Shown here: one piece after another, positions 28,401-36,438 of the stretch
How the letters are laid out: every line of letters begins with the position of its first letter
Numbering within the stretch: the first letter of the stretch is position 1
Origin: Verrucomicrobiales bacterium
Lineage (GTDB): Bacteria; Verrucomicrobiota; Verrucomicrobiia; Verrucomicrobiales; V1-33
NCBI GenBank assembly: GCA_947460575.1
Contig: CANHIJ010000001.1
Span: forward strand, 15,176-79,175
Direction: 5' to 3'
Length of the DNA: 64,000 bases
The notes under the pieces: generated by a model
The model's input: only the letters and a program-made list of their open reading frames with translations
Database searches by the model: none
Told to the model about the DNA's origin: nothing
Made by a program: the position numbers and the translations under genes

Positions 28401-31400
28401 CGGAACCGCTCAGCGGGGTCGCGTTGCTGCAGCGGCAGGACACCGTGGCGGGGACGGCAGCTTGGATCAATTTGCCGATGAACGACAGCGGGACGGCAGG
28501 GGACGTGCGGGCCGACGACGGGATTTGGTCGGCCACGGTGCCCGCGCGGGCGACGGGGGCGATTACGCAATTTTACATCAAAGCCACGGCGGCCAACGGG
28601 CAGGAAAACGACTGCCCGCGCACGGGGGTGAAGCGGCCGGGGATGTGGATTGTCTCCAACGCGGTGCCCTCGGCGGCGGCGGGCCTGCTGATCCAGCGAG
28701 GCATCATTTCGCTTTACGACCGGGCGGCCCTGAATCCGCCGACCGGGTACAGCGCCGCCTACGACTACGACCACCCGCGGATGTCGAACTACGGGTTCAA
28801 CGCTACGTTCATCTTCAATGAGAGCGAGGTCATGTATAATTGCGAATTGCGGCGGGGCGGCAGTCCCTGGACGCGCATCGGTTCTAACCTTTTGGATCGC
28901 ACGCGCTGGAAGCCGCCGGGAGACCAGCTTTTCCGGGGCCGCACCAAATCTGGGGTGGACAACGATGCCACCAACAGCAACACCGGGCCGTCGCGCTTCC
29001 ACAATCGGCTGGTGCGCTACATGATGCACCTCTTTGGCTATCCGGTGCCGGAGGCCGAGTTCATTCAGCAGATCATCAACGCCGACGCCCCTCGCCTGGG
29101 GGACGAGCAGGAGCAGACCGACACCGACTTCTTTGACCGAGCCTACCCCAAGGGGACAGGCGGCGAATTGTACGAGATCGACGATGCCTGGTTCATGTAC
29201 GACACCAACAACATGGACGACCGCTTGGACGCCGGGAGCGTGACCGGCAGCTGGGCGGTGAAGGACTACAGCGGCGGCGCGGCCATGCCGAGCGACGAGA
29301 GCCCACTTTTCTTCCACGGGAATTGGCCGCTGCGCTTCCCCGAGGACCGCTACGACTATGCGTCGCTTTCCTCCATGATCAAGACGGCTACGAACAACAG
29401 CAGTGCGGTGAGCGCGGCCCAGGATGGGGCGTACCGGGAGCGGATGGAGCGGGTGCTGGACAGCGACCGGGCCGCGATCTATGCGGCGGTGCGGGGCTAT
29501 GTGGGCGACTGGGATAACTTCACGCTCAACCGGGGCAAGAACGGCTATTTTTACCGGCGCCCCACCGATGGGTTGTTTGAGTTCCACCACTGGGACAGCG
29601 ACTTGGCCTTCCAAAACACCGGCGAGGGAGTGATCGGGTCAGCCGGAGGGATTGGGTGGACTAATTTGTCTTCGCGCCCGTGGTTCCGCCAGAAGGTGAA
29701 TTACTACATGACGGAATTGATCGACCGGTATGCCAATAGCACCTCGGCGCGCATGAATGCCTGGCTGGCGGCGATGAATTACCAATCGGCCAACACCAAT
29801 GCCCTAGCGGCTTTTAAAACGGCGGGCTACAACTACCCGGCGACCTGGTTTACGCCGCGCAATAGCACCATCATCAGTTCGTTCCTCACCGCCGCCACCT
29901 ACAACCGGGCCTTCAGCTGCACCACCGCGAGCGGGCAGACGGTGGCGACTCCCGCGTTCAGCCTGACGGGGGCAGCCTCGAGCAAGGTGGCCTTGGTGGA
30001 CATCCCAGGGCACCCCGAAGCGGTGTTCACGTGGACTCCGAGCAGTTCCAACTTTGGTTTGTGGACCCTCTCCAATGTTTTGTTAGTGAACGGGGTGAAC
30101 AATTTGAGCCTGCGGGCGCTGCGCTCAGATGGGGTGGTGAGTGCGACCTTGCCGTTTAGCGTGACTTTGAGTGGGAATGCGCCGCCGGTGGCTAGCCTGG
30201 TGGCGGATCCGGCTTCGGGGAATCTGGCTTCGGGGGAGACCTTGTCGTTGGACGCCACGGGCAGCGTGGATCCGGAAGGGACGGCGCTGGCCTTTGCCTG
30301 GAGCGTGTCTCCGACCGCGGGGGCGAGTTTGTCCGTGGCGGGCGCAGGCCAGGCTACGGTGCGCTTTGCCGCGCCGGGGAGCTACACGGTGACGCTGCAG
30401 GTCACCGATGGGGCGGCGCAGACGGTCGCGGTGAGCCGGGATTTCAGCGTGTATAATGCGGCTGATTTTAGCGCCTTCGGCGGGAGCGCGGCTTTGAGCG
30501 CGGAGTTTGCGGTGGAGAATGTGGCGCCGCGGGGGAATTTTTCGCCTTCGGGTTGGTATTCGCTGGAGGACCAGAGCGGGCGTTTGCTGATTCAGGTGCT
30601 GGATGACTCCGCCAAGCCTTTGGCGTCGCCGAGCTTCACACATCCGCTGGTGAGTCGGGATTTGCCGGATTCGACGGACTTTTTGCTGCAGACGAGCTTG
30701 GCGCCGGACACGCGGGAATTTGGCAATTGGCGGGCGGGGTTGCTGGTGCAGGTGAATGAGGGGGGATCTACGGTGCGCTATGCCTTTGGGCTGGATGGGG
30801 GGCTTAATCTGCTAGTGCAGCGCGCGGCGTTGCCGGATGCCTATGCCACCCTATCTACTACGCCGGTCACGGGCAGCGGGGCGGTGCTGCGGGTGCAGCG
30901 GCTGGGCAATGCGCTGGTCTTCCAGCGCCAGGCGAGCGGGTCGTGGGTTACGGTGTTTAGCCAGGCGATGGCCGCAGGCGCGGTGGCGGAAAAGGGGGGC
31001 ATGTTCGTGGCGACCTCGGCGGCGACTACGGTGCGGGTCGCCTTTGACTACCTGCTAGTGGCGGACCCCGCCGCTTCGAGTGATTTGCTCAAGAGCCTGC
31101 GGCTCACGGAATTACACTACCGTCCGGCCGCGGGCGGGGTGGAGTTCCTGGAGCTGCGAAATGTGGGGGACCAGCCGATCAACTTACAAGGGGCCAGCTT
31201 TGCGCTGGGGCAGCCCTTCGCCACCGCGGGGGTGCCTTCCTCGCCGTACACGTTTGGGGCCGAGATCTTGGGGCCGGGCGAGTTTCTGGTGCTGACGGAC
31301 AACGCGGCCCTGTTCCGCAGCTTGTACGGCAGCGCGCCGCGCTTGGCTCCGGTCTGGAGCAGCGGCAGCCTGAGCAATAGCGGCGAGCAAATCGTCCTCC

Positions 31401-31867
31401 TCGACGCGGCGGGCAATGCAGTCCACTCCTTCACCTATGGAACCAGCGCTCCTTGGCCGCTGGCGGCTAACGGGACGGGCCCCTCCATGGAGGTCGTCTC
31501 AGTGCAGGGCGATTACAGTTTGGCGAGCAACTGGCGCGCCAGCACCACCTTGGGGGGCAGCCCCGGAAGTGTGGGAGCGGGCCCGGACAGCGATGGCGAC
31601 GGCGTGCCGGACCAGGTTGAAGCCCTGTTTGGCCTCGACCCTAACAGCCCTGGATTGGTGCCCATGGCCCGCCTAGTTCGGCAGGCGGGCGGGGGCTTGA
31701 CCCTCAGTTGGCCGAGCATTCCCGGGGTGACCTACCGGGTGGAGTCGTCGGCGGGGCTGTCGGGTTGGCAGGTGGTGCAGACTCTCGTGGGGGCGGGGAC
31801 GTGGTCCTTTACTCCGGCGGCGGGGGAGGGGGCGCGTTTCTATCGGGTCACGGCGGCGAAGCCTTGA
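25427..31867 (+). CDS. 2146-aa secreted protein: multiple lamin-tail domains (LTD) + CotH kinase-like domain + PKD domain + C-terminal TSP3-like motif and '...ARFYR' beta domain
   Basis: A GTG start is followed by the signal peptide 'MRSFLRPLLLSLLPLASLQA'. LTD signatures include 'VIFAEVMYHPPGGKPEYVEITN', 'LVINEVRPAA..GFVEFYNPG', 'LSEVHFGASGRADWVEFFNTG', 'IVINEIMGKAPSGHEGGEFIELYN' and 'LTELHYRPAAGGVEFLELRN'. CotH-like motifs (about nt 28780-29620) are 'YNCELRRGGSPWTR', 'RLVRYMMHLFGYPVPEAEF' and 'FEFHHWDSDLAF'. The PKD-like part is 'LSLDATGSVDPEG..LAFAWSV...YTVTLQVTDG'. Confidence 0.85.
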   Translation: MRSFLRPLLLSLLPLASLQAGQVIFAEVMYHPPGGKPEYVEITNLTSNRLDMARWTVSGGVDYTFPDFSVANPAGHFLKEYERVVVSSADEAATRAAWPTIPITVRIFGPWTGSLNNGGETIALKDAAQAVESTLTYGDGGNWPLAADGAGHSLQIINPNGDVDDWRNWGISRYRGGSPGVAEPTLAESPLASPEKADYNAVEYTSAWKYWREAADPDGAGAEGSWFVPGYDDSAWSAGPGFFGHDPSKPLLQAARGTSFTTGYATSTVTYYFRTTFNWSGALSGQTFALDQWLDDGAIYYLNGKELKGENLGRIRMAAGAAAHGDIAIGSPAGGDAVEELNVLSGSLDGQLVSGANVLCAEVHQNTVVGDDIYFGARLRVTSPAVGGLVINEVRPAAVAGVGFVEFYNPGPTAVDLNGYYLSDSESNLTKYRIAVPTPVAVGGVAVVGFAESGLSTVAPVTVLLTQPDGFTRQNAFRSSMLVDGRSAGRRPSGGSTWVLFAQPTPGQPNVTAPTPTLALSEVHFGASGRADWVEFFNTGSAAQALDGYFVSSAPDLSDRVALGGSLASGGYGSAAVDFAASAAGELTLYVSDLHHNIAATARVKMRAGLPSAQTWPAGAKEWYATPTASRDAPNNPQRQSAIVINEIMGKAPSGHEGGEFIELYNQSGASVDLGAWRFVEGVSYSFAAGTSLGAGQYLVLSKDPSYLRANYPGVANVVGPFGGTLRNSGEQLRLEDAVGNLADVVDYRSGGQWPTGASGEGSSLELLHPAMDNSQASAWRASDESKKSSFQSFSYSGVYKEQRGVPAGNSSCRELLLNMVADGYVILRNIKLVKDTAPSVNLITTGDATSHNGNGAAGFLCTGTHCESDTLPRAASPLTGDAGFHLISRGSGDTKANKAEVDVVGMAANTSMTLSFEGRWVQGLPLMVAQTWDRSFGKVFRFPVPGNLGTPGAANSRSRAAAAPTVDAMKHFPVVPTSVQPVVVSARVTSAEPLSGVALLQRQDTVAGTAAWINLPMNDSGTAGDVRADDGIWSATVPARATGAITQFYIKATAANGQENDCPRTGVKRPGMWIVSNAVPSAAAGLLIQRGIISLYDRAALNPPTGYSAAYDYDHPRMSNYGFNATFIFNESEVMYNCELRRGGSPWTRIGSNLLDRTRWKPPGDQLFRGRTKSGVDNDATNSNTGPSRFHNRLVRYMMHLFGYPVPEAEFIQQIINADAPRLGDEQEQTDTDFFDRAYPKGTGGELYEIDDAWFMYDTNNMDDRLDAGSVTGSWAVKDYSGGAAMPSDESPLFFHGNWPLRFPEDRYDYASLSSMIKTATNNSSAVSAAQDGAYRERMERVLDSDRAAIYAAVRGYVGDWDNFTLNRGKNGYFYRRPTDGLFEFHHWDSDLAFQNTGEGVIGSAGGIGWTNLSSRPWFRQKVNYYMTELIDRYANSTSARMNAWLAAMNYQSANTNALAAFKTAGYNYPATWFTPRNSTIISSFLTAATYNRAFSCTTASGQTVATPAFSLTGAASSKVALVDIPGHPEAVFTWTPSSSNFGLWTLSNVLLVNGVNNLSLRALRSDGVVSATLPFSVTLSGNAPPVASLVADPASGNLASGETLSLDATGSVDPEGTALAFAWSVSPTAGASLSVAGAGQATVRFAAPGSYTVTLQVTDGAAQTVAVSRDFSVYNAADFSAFGGSAALSAEFAVENVAPRGNFSPSGWYSLEDQSGRLLIQVLDDSAKPLASPSFTHPLVSRDLPDSTDFLLQTSLAPDTREFGNWRAGLLVQVNEGGSTVRYAFGLDGGLNLLVQRAALPDAYATLSTTPVTGSGAVLRVQRLGNALVFQRQASGSWVTVFSQAMAAGAVAEKGGMFVATSAATTVRVAFDYLLVADPAASSDLLKSLRLTELHYRPAAGGVEFLELRNVGDQPINLQGASFALGQPFATAGVPSSPYTFGAEILGPGEFLVLTDNAALFRSLYGSAPRLAPVWSSGSLSNSGEQIVLLDAAGNAVHSFTYGTSAPWPLAANGTGPSMEVVSVQGDYSLASNWRASTTLGGSPGSVGAGPDSDGDGVPDQVEALFGLDPNSPGLVPMARLVRQAGGGLTLSWPSIPGVTYRVESSAGLSGWQVVQTLVGAGTWSFTPAAGEGARFYRVTAAKP

Positions 31868-31980
31868 CTGGGGAAATCCCTGGGGGCCCGCGGGGGCCCT
31901 TGGGGGGGCGGATTTGCCTGAAGTTCGGTAGAAAGGCTGGGCGGGAGGCGTATGGGAGGCGTTCCTCTCTTTGTACCGCT

Positions 31981-33444
31981 ATGACACCGCTCTCCGAATA
32001 CATTCGCTACGAAACCCGCCGCCAATTTTTCGCCCAGGGGAAGAATGTGCTGGGTTTTGCGGCCCTGAGTGCGCTGATGCAGCGGGCGGGGATGGCCGGG
32101 GCGGATGCCTCGGACAGCGCGGCGGCGATGCGGGCGGTGAATCACTTTGCGCCCAAGGCTAAGCGGGTCATTTACTTGCACATGGTGGGCGGTCCTTCGC
32201 AGATGGACCTCTACGACTACAAGCCGGGGATGAAGGCGTTTTACGACAAGGACTTGCCAGAGAGCGTGCGCAATGGGCAGCGCCTGACAGGGATGACGAG
32301 TGGGCAGTCGCGCTTTCCGATTGCTCCGAGCAAATATGAATTCAAGCAGCACGGCCAGTCGGGGATGTGGGTGAGCGAGATGTTGCCGTACACGGCGCGG
32401 ATGGTGGACGACATGTGTTTCATCCGCTCCATGCACACCGAGGCCATCAACCACGAGCCGGCTATCAGCTTCATGCAGACGGGGAACCAGGTGAGCGGTC
32501 GGCCCTGTTTAGGGTCGTGGGCGTCCTACGGGCTAGGCTCCGCTAACAGTGATTTGCCGACCTTTGTGGTCTTGGTGGCCAAGCCGAGCAACACCGAGCA
32601 GATTCAGGCGATTTCGGCGCGGCTGTGGGGAAGCGGGTACCTGCCCGGGGAGCACGCGGGGGTGGCGTTTCGGAGCGGGCCGGACCCGATTTTGTACATC
32701 AATAATCCCCCGGGGGTCTCGGCGGCGGCGCGGCGCAACACCTTGGACGGGCTGAAGGCGCTCAACGAGATCAATTACAAGTTGGTGGGCGACCCGGAGA
32801 CGCACACGCGCATTCAGCAGTATGAAATGGCCTTCCGCATGCAGAGCAGCGTGCCTGAGCTAACGGATCTAAAACAAGAGGGCGCGGCCACCCGCGAGCT
32901 CTATGGGCCGGATGTGGAGAAGCCGGGAAGCTTTGCCCATACCGCGTTGTTAGCGCGCCGCATGGCCGAGCGCGGGGTGCGCTTTGTGCAAGTGTATCAC
33001 AACAATTGGGACCACCACGGCAACCTGCCGGGGCGGATGAAATTCCAATGCGCCGACGTCGACCAGCCCTGCTGGGGCCTGATCCAGGACCTCAAACAGC
33101 GCGGCCTTTATGACGACACTTTGGTGATTTGGGGCGGCGAGTTCGGGCGCACGATTTATAGTCAGGGAGGCGTCAGCCACGAAACGTATGGCCGCGACCA
33201 CCACCCGCGCTGTTTCACCATGTGGATGGCGGGAGGCGGATCCAAGGCGGGGCACATTCACGGGGAAACCGACGATTTTTCCTACAATATCGTTAAGGAT
33301 CCGGTGCACGTGCACGACCTGCACGCCACCGTGATGCAGTTGTTAGGTTTCAACCACGAGACTTTCACCTTCAAATACCAGGGGCTCGGCCAGCGGCTCA
33401 CGGGAGTGGAGCCGGCCAAGGCGATCAAGGCCTTGATGGCCTAA
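31981..33444 (+). CDS. DUF1501 domain protein (second paralog)
   Basis: The start was trimmed to the ATG at 31981, which gives the Tat-like 'RRQFFAQGKNVLGFAALSAL'. Motifs 'YLHMVGGPSQMDLYDYKP', 'NNWDHHGNL', 'VIWGGEFGRT' and 'GRDHHPRCF' follow. Confidence 0.9.
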   Translation: MTPLSEYIRYETRRQFFAQGKNVLGFAALSALMQRAGMAGADASDSAAAMRAVNHFAPKAKRVIYLHMVGGPSQMDLYDYKPGMKAFYDKDLPESVRNGQRLTGMTSGQSRFPIAPSKYEFKQHGQSGMWVSEMLPYTARMVDDMCFIRSMHTEAINHEPAISFMQTGNQVSGRPCLGSWASYGLGSANSDLPTFVVLVAKPSNTEQIQAISARLWGSGYLPGEHAGVAFRSGPDPILYINNPPGVSAAARRNTLDGLKALNEINYKLVGDPETHTRIQQYEMAFRMQSSVPELTDLKQEGAATRELYGPDVEKPGSFAHTALLARRMAERGVRFVQVYHNNWDHHGNLPGRMKFQCADVDQPCWGLIQDLKQRGLYDDTLVIWGGEFGRTIYSQGGVSHETYGRDHHPRCFTMWMAGGGSKAGHIHGETDDFSYNIVKDPVHVHDLHATVMQLLGFNHETFTFKYQGLGQRLTGVEPAKAIKALMA

Positions 33445-33737
33445 TGTCCTTGGAGCGAGCGGGTGAGGAGCCGATGCGGGTGGCGGTTTCGGGCGATTTG
33501 GATCTGCATTCCTGGCGTCCGCGCGATTTGTCAGAGCTGCTCCCAGCGTGGTTTGAGGAATGCCGCGCCCAGGGGATTTTTACGGTGCGGGTCGTCCACG
33601 GCAAGGGCCGCGGGGCGCTGCGCCGCGGGGTCCATGCCTTGCTGCCGCGCTTGGGGGAATGGGTGGCGAGCTGGAGCTACCCGGCGCCCGAGGCGGCGGG
33701 AGGCTGGGGGGCGACGGTGGTGCAGCTGCGGCGGTGA
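33444..33737 (+). CDS. Smr (small MutS-related) domain protein
   Basis: The motifs are 'DLDLHSWRPRDLSELLPAWFEE' and 'VRVVHGKGRGALRRGVHALL'. The ATG overlaps the DUF1501 stop (TAATG). Confidence 0.7.
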   Translation: MSLERAGEEPMRVAVSGDLDLHSWRPRDLSELLPAWFEECRAQGIFTVRVVHGKGRGALRRGVHALLPRLGEWVASWSYPAPEAAGGWGATVVQLRR

Positions 33738-33753
33738 GCTAGGGCAAGTTTAG

Positions 33754-34402
33754 CCTAAAAGCGGGAGTTGACTAGCGTATTCGGTAGGCGCAGAGCGCTG
33801 GCGCGTGGGCTTTTGGGGGGCGGCCGCGCTGGCACCCCTGCCGGGGTGCGGGCCCTCTCGGGAATGGAATCCGGTGGTGTCGCTTCGCTCAACCAGCGGC
33901 TACCCGCTGGGATGCCTCCAGCATCATCCTGGGCTGCCTCTTGGCTCATATGCTGGGCTGCCTCCGGCATCGCCGCCCGACGTGTCTAGCGGCCACGCTA
34001 TGGGGGGCTTTTGACCGCGCGAAGGGCTCACCCATTGGGTGAGTCCCTTCCGTTGGAACATGCCCCTACCGAATCGTGAATGGTGGTCACGCCCAGCGGC
34101 CATGCCAGCGACATCCCCGCCTGATGCCAGAGACATCCCGATGCCGGCCGCCTGCCGATGCCGGAGACATACTGATGCCGGAGACATGGTGATGCCGGAG
34201 ACATGCTGATGCCGGAGGCATCTCAGCCGGTAGCCGGTGGTTGAGCGGAGCGGCACCACCGGTTGCTCCGTTTTCGCATCATCCGCACCCCGGCAGGGGT
34301 GCCAGCGTTCCGTCCCCCCAAAATACCCAACGCGCTAGGAGAAAGCCTAACACACCGAGGCCTCGCGCTCGCGAATAAAGCTAGTCAACTCCCGTTTTTA
34401 GG
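33754..34402. repeat. ~650-bp imperfect long inverted repeat that fills the intergenic space between convergent genes
   Basis: The left arm (33754-33930) and the reverse complement of the right arm (34230-34402) share three blocks. These are 'cctaaaa.cgggagttgactagc', 'ttttgggggg.cgg..cgctggcacccctgccggggtgcgg' and 'ccggtggtg.cgct.cgctcaacca.cggctacc.gctg.gatgcctcc.gcatca'. The centre carries the hairpin 'gaagggctcaccc att gggtgagtcccttc' (34021-34050). Confidence 0.85.
34123..34224. repeat. 17-bp tandem repeat x6 inside the inverted-repeat element
   Basis: The units are 'gatgccagagacatccc', 'gatgccggccgcctgcc', 'gatgccggagacatact', 'gatgccggagacatggt', 'gatgccggagacatgct' and 'gatgccggaggcatctc'. 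The unit length is not a multiple of 3. Confidence 0.9.
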
Positions 34403-34403
34403 T

Positions 34404-35273
34404 TTAGAGGGCCACAAGGGGATGGTAGGTTTCGGGGCGGCGGTCGCGGTAGAATTGCCAGGTGTTGCGCACCTCGCGGATGAGATCGAGGTCGATGTCG
34501 GCGACGAGCAATTCGTCGCGGTCGCGGCTGGCGGTGGCAATCAATTGGCCGTGGGGGTCGACGACGTAGCTTTGGCCGTAGAATTCGCCGATATTCCACG
34601 GGGGTTCGGTGCCGACGCGGTTGATGGCGCCGAGGAAGTAGCCGTTGGCGACGGCGTGGGCGGGTTGTTCGAGTTTCCAGAGGTGCTCGCTGAGGCCGGC
34701 CACGGTGGCGCTGGGGTTGAAGACGATTTCGGCGCCGTTGAGGCCGAGGCAGCGGGCGCCTTCGGGGAAGTGGCGGTCGTAGCAGAGGTAGACGCCGATT
34801 TTGCCGACTTGGGTGTCGAAGACGGGGTAGCCGAGATTGCCGGGGCGGAAGTAGAATTTCTCCCAGAAGCCGGGGAGGCATTGGGGGAGGTGGGACTTGC
34901 GGTATTTGCCGAGCCAGGTGCCATCGGCGTCGATGACGCTGGCGGTGTTGTAGTAGACGCCGGTGTTTTCTTCTTCGAAGATGGGGACGATGAGGACGAT
35001 GCCGAGGCGCTGGGCGGTGGCGCACATCAATTGGGTGGTGGGGCCGGAGGGGATGGGTTCGCTGAGGGCATACCAGCGGGGGTTTTGTTCGGCGCAGAAA
35101 TAGGGGCCGTAGAAGAGCTCTTGGAGGCAGACGACTTGGCAGCCTTGGGCGGCGGCGTCTTCGATGAAGGCCAAGTGCTTGGCGATCATGGCGGCCTTGA
35201 TGACTTGGGGGTCGGCGTCGCCGGGGTGGGTGGTGCGGGCTTGGACGAGGCCGATGCGGACGGGGCGGGGCAT
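34404..35273 (-). CDS. carbon-nitrogen hydrolase (nitrilase superfamily; beta-ureidopropionase / N-carbamoyl-amidase-like)
   Basis: The motifs are 'VVCLQELFYGPYFC', 'YRKSHLPQ', the catalytic-Cys context 'IGVYLCYDRHFPE', and 'AEIVFNPSAT'. Confidence 0.85.
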   Translation of the reverse strand: MPRPVRIGLVQARTTHPGDADPQVIKAAMIAKHLAFIEDAAAQGCQVVCLQELFYGPYFCAEQNPRWYALSEPIPSGPTTQLMCATAQRLGIVLIVPIFEEENTGVYYNTASVIDADGTWLGKYRKSHLPQCLPGFWEKFYFRPGNLGYPVFDTQVGKIGVYLCYDRHFPEGARCLGLNGAEIVFNPSATVAGLSEHLWKLEQPAHAVANGYFLGAINRVGTEPPWNIGEFYGQSYVVDPHGQLIATASRDRDELLVADIDLDLIREVRNTWQFYRDRRPETYHPLVAL

Positions 35274-35353
35274 GGGGAAAGGGGGTTGCGTCTGCAGCTA
35301 TGGGCACGGTGGGGGCCAATGCCAGCGCCAAAATGGGCTGATGTGGCGGGGCA

Positions 35354-35390
35354 TAAAAAAACGGCACCTGCGGAAGCGGGTGCCGTTTTT
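35354..35390 (-). terminator. rho-independent terminator of the rplM-rpsI operon (also usable on the plus strand)
   Basis: The stem 'cggcacc' (35362-68) / 'ggtgccg' (35379-85) is flanked by A8 and T5. On the minus strand the T-run is 8 nt. Confidence 0.8.
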
Positions 35391-35422
35391 GAGAGAGAGC
35401 CCAGCGAGGGGCTGGTGTGCGG

Positions 35423-35815
35423 TTAGCGCTTGCTGAATTGGAAGCGCTTGCGGGCACCGGGCTGGCCGGACTTTTTGCGTTCCTTGGCGCGGGCGTCGCG
35501 GCGCAGGTGCAGACCGGCCTTGAGGACGGGGCGCAATTCGCTGCTTACGGCGAGAAGGGCGCGGGCGATGGCGAGGCGAGCGGCCCCGGCTTGACCGTTG
35601 AGGCCGCCGCCGGTGGTTTGGAGGATGATGTCAAACTTGGTGGTATTCCCAGTGGTTTGGAGGGGGGCGAGGACGGCCAACTGCTGCGCGGGGGTGACGA
35701 AGTAATCTTCGAAAGCGCGTTCGTTGACGGTGATGCGGCCTTCGCCGACGACGAGGCGGGCGCGGGCGATCGCGGTTTTCCTTCTGCCAGTGGCGGCGTA
35801 AGTGGTTTCGGCCAT
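35423..35815 (-). CDS. rpsI: 30S ribosomal protein S9
   Basis: The 130-aa product contains 'YAATGRRKTAIARARL' and the C-terminal 'PGARKRFQFSKR'. Confidence 0.95.
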   Translation of the reverse strand: MAETTYAATGRRKTAIARARLVVGEGRITVNERAFEDYFVTPAQQLAVLAPLQTTGNTTKFDIILQTTGGGLNGQAGAARLAIARALLAVSSELRPVLKAGLHLRRDARAKERKKSGQPGARKRFQFSKR

Positions 35816-35843
35816 AGTGGTGGAATGTTAGAGGATGAAGGGT

Positions 35844-36272
35844 TTAGAAATTGTAGGCGACGGGTTCTTGGGCCACGTGCGGGTGTTGGTCGCCGCGGTA
35901 GATGCGGAGTTTGGTGAGGATCTGGCGGCCGAGGCGGTTGTGGGGGATCATGCCGCGGATGGCGAGGGTGAGCATTTGCTCGGGGCGGCGGGCGCGGAGG
36001 CTTTTGGGGCTATCGCTGTGGTGGCCACCGACGAAACCGGAGAAGCGGGTGTACTCCTTGTTGGTTTCTTTTTTGCCGGTGAAGACGGCCTTTTCCGCAT
36101 TGATGATAACGACGTGGTCGCCGTTGTCGATGTGCGGGGTGTAGGTCACCTTGTTTTTGCCGCGGAGGAGGTTAGCGGCTTCGACGGCGACGGCACCAAT
36201 GACGCGCTTGTCGGCGTCGATGATGAACCACTTCCGTTGTTGTTCTTCGTTCTTGGCGGAGAATGTTTTCAT
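35844..36272 (-). CDS. rplM: 50S ribosomal protein L13
   Basis: The 142-aa product from the ATG at 36272 contains 'RKWFIIDADKRVIGAVAVEAANLLRGKNK..YTPH.D.GD.VVIINAEK' and 'AIRGMIPHNRLGR'. The upstream extension in the ORF track was trimmed. Confidence 0.95.
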   Translation of the reverse strand: MKTFSAKNEEQQRKWFIIDADKRVIGAVAVEAANLLRGKNKVTYTPHIDNGDHVVIINAEKAVFTGKKETNKEYTRFSGFVGGHHSDSPKSLRARRPEQMLTLAIRGMIPHNRLGRQILTKLRIYRGDQHPHVAQEPVAYNF

Positions 36273-36438
36273 GGCTGGGAATAAAACCGGCGGGGACCAA
36301 AGGGGCGTTGCCGGGAGGGCGATGGTACGAGGCGCACGCGGGATGTCAAACTTAAAATGGGGGTCTCGTGTTGGAAGGCACTGAAAATAAGGGGTATGCA
36401 GCGCGAGGTGCCGGGGTTTGGGCAGGGTTGGGGCGGGG

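Noticed and set aside
28061-29614. 517-aa minus-strand ORF inside the LTD/CotH gene. Comparable long antisense ORFs lie inside the giant gene (52018-53229, 53485-54033, 54211-54864, 56041-57171, 57607-58260, 59167-59832).
   Set aside because: They are R/G/P/H-rich with no recognisable motifs, and each is fully contained in a long sense ORF with many specific domains.
34263-35457. Two alternative ORFs (387 aa on plus, 358 aa on minus) overlapping the carbon-nitrogen hydrolase gene
   Set aside because: Both are low-complexity (G/A/E/V-rich or R/P-rich). Only the 34404-35273 minus frame shows the nitrilase-superfamily Glu/Lys/Cys contexts.
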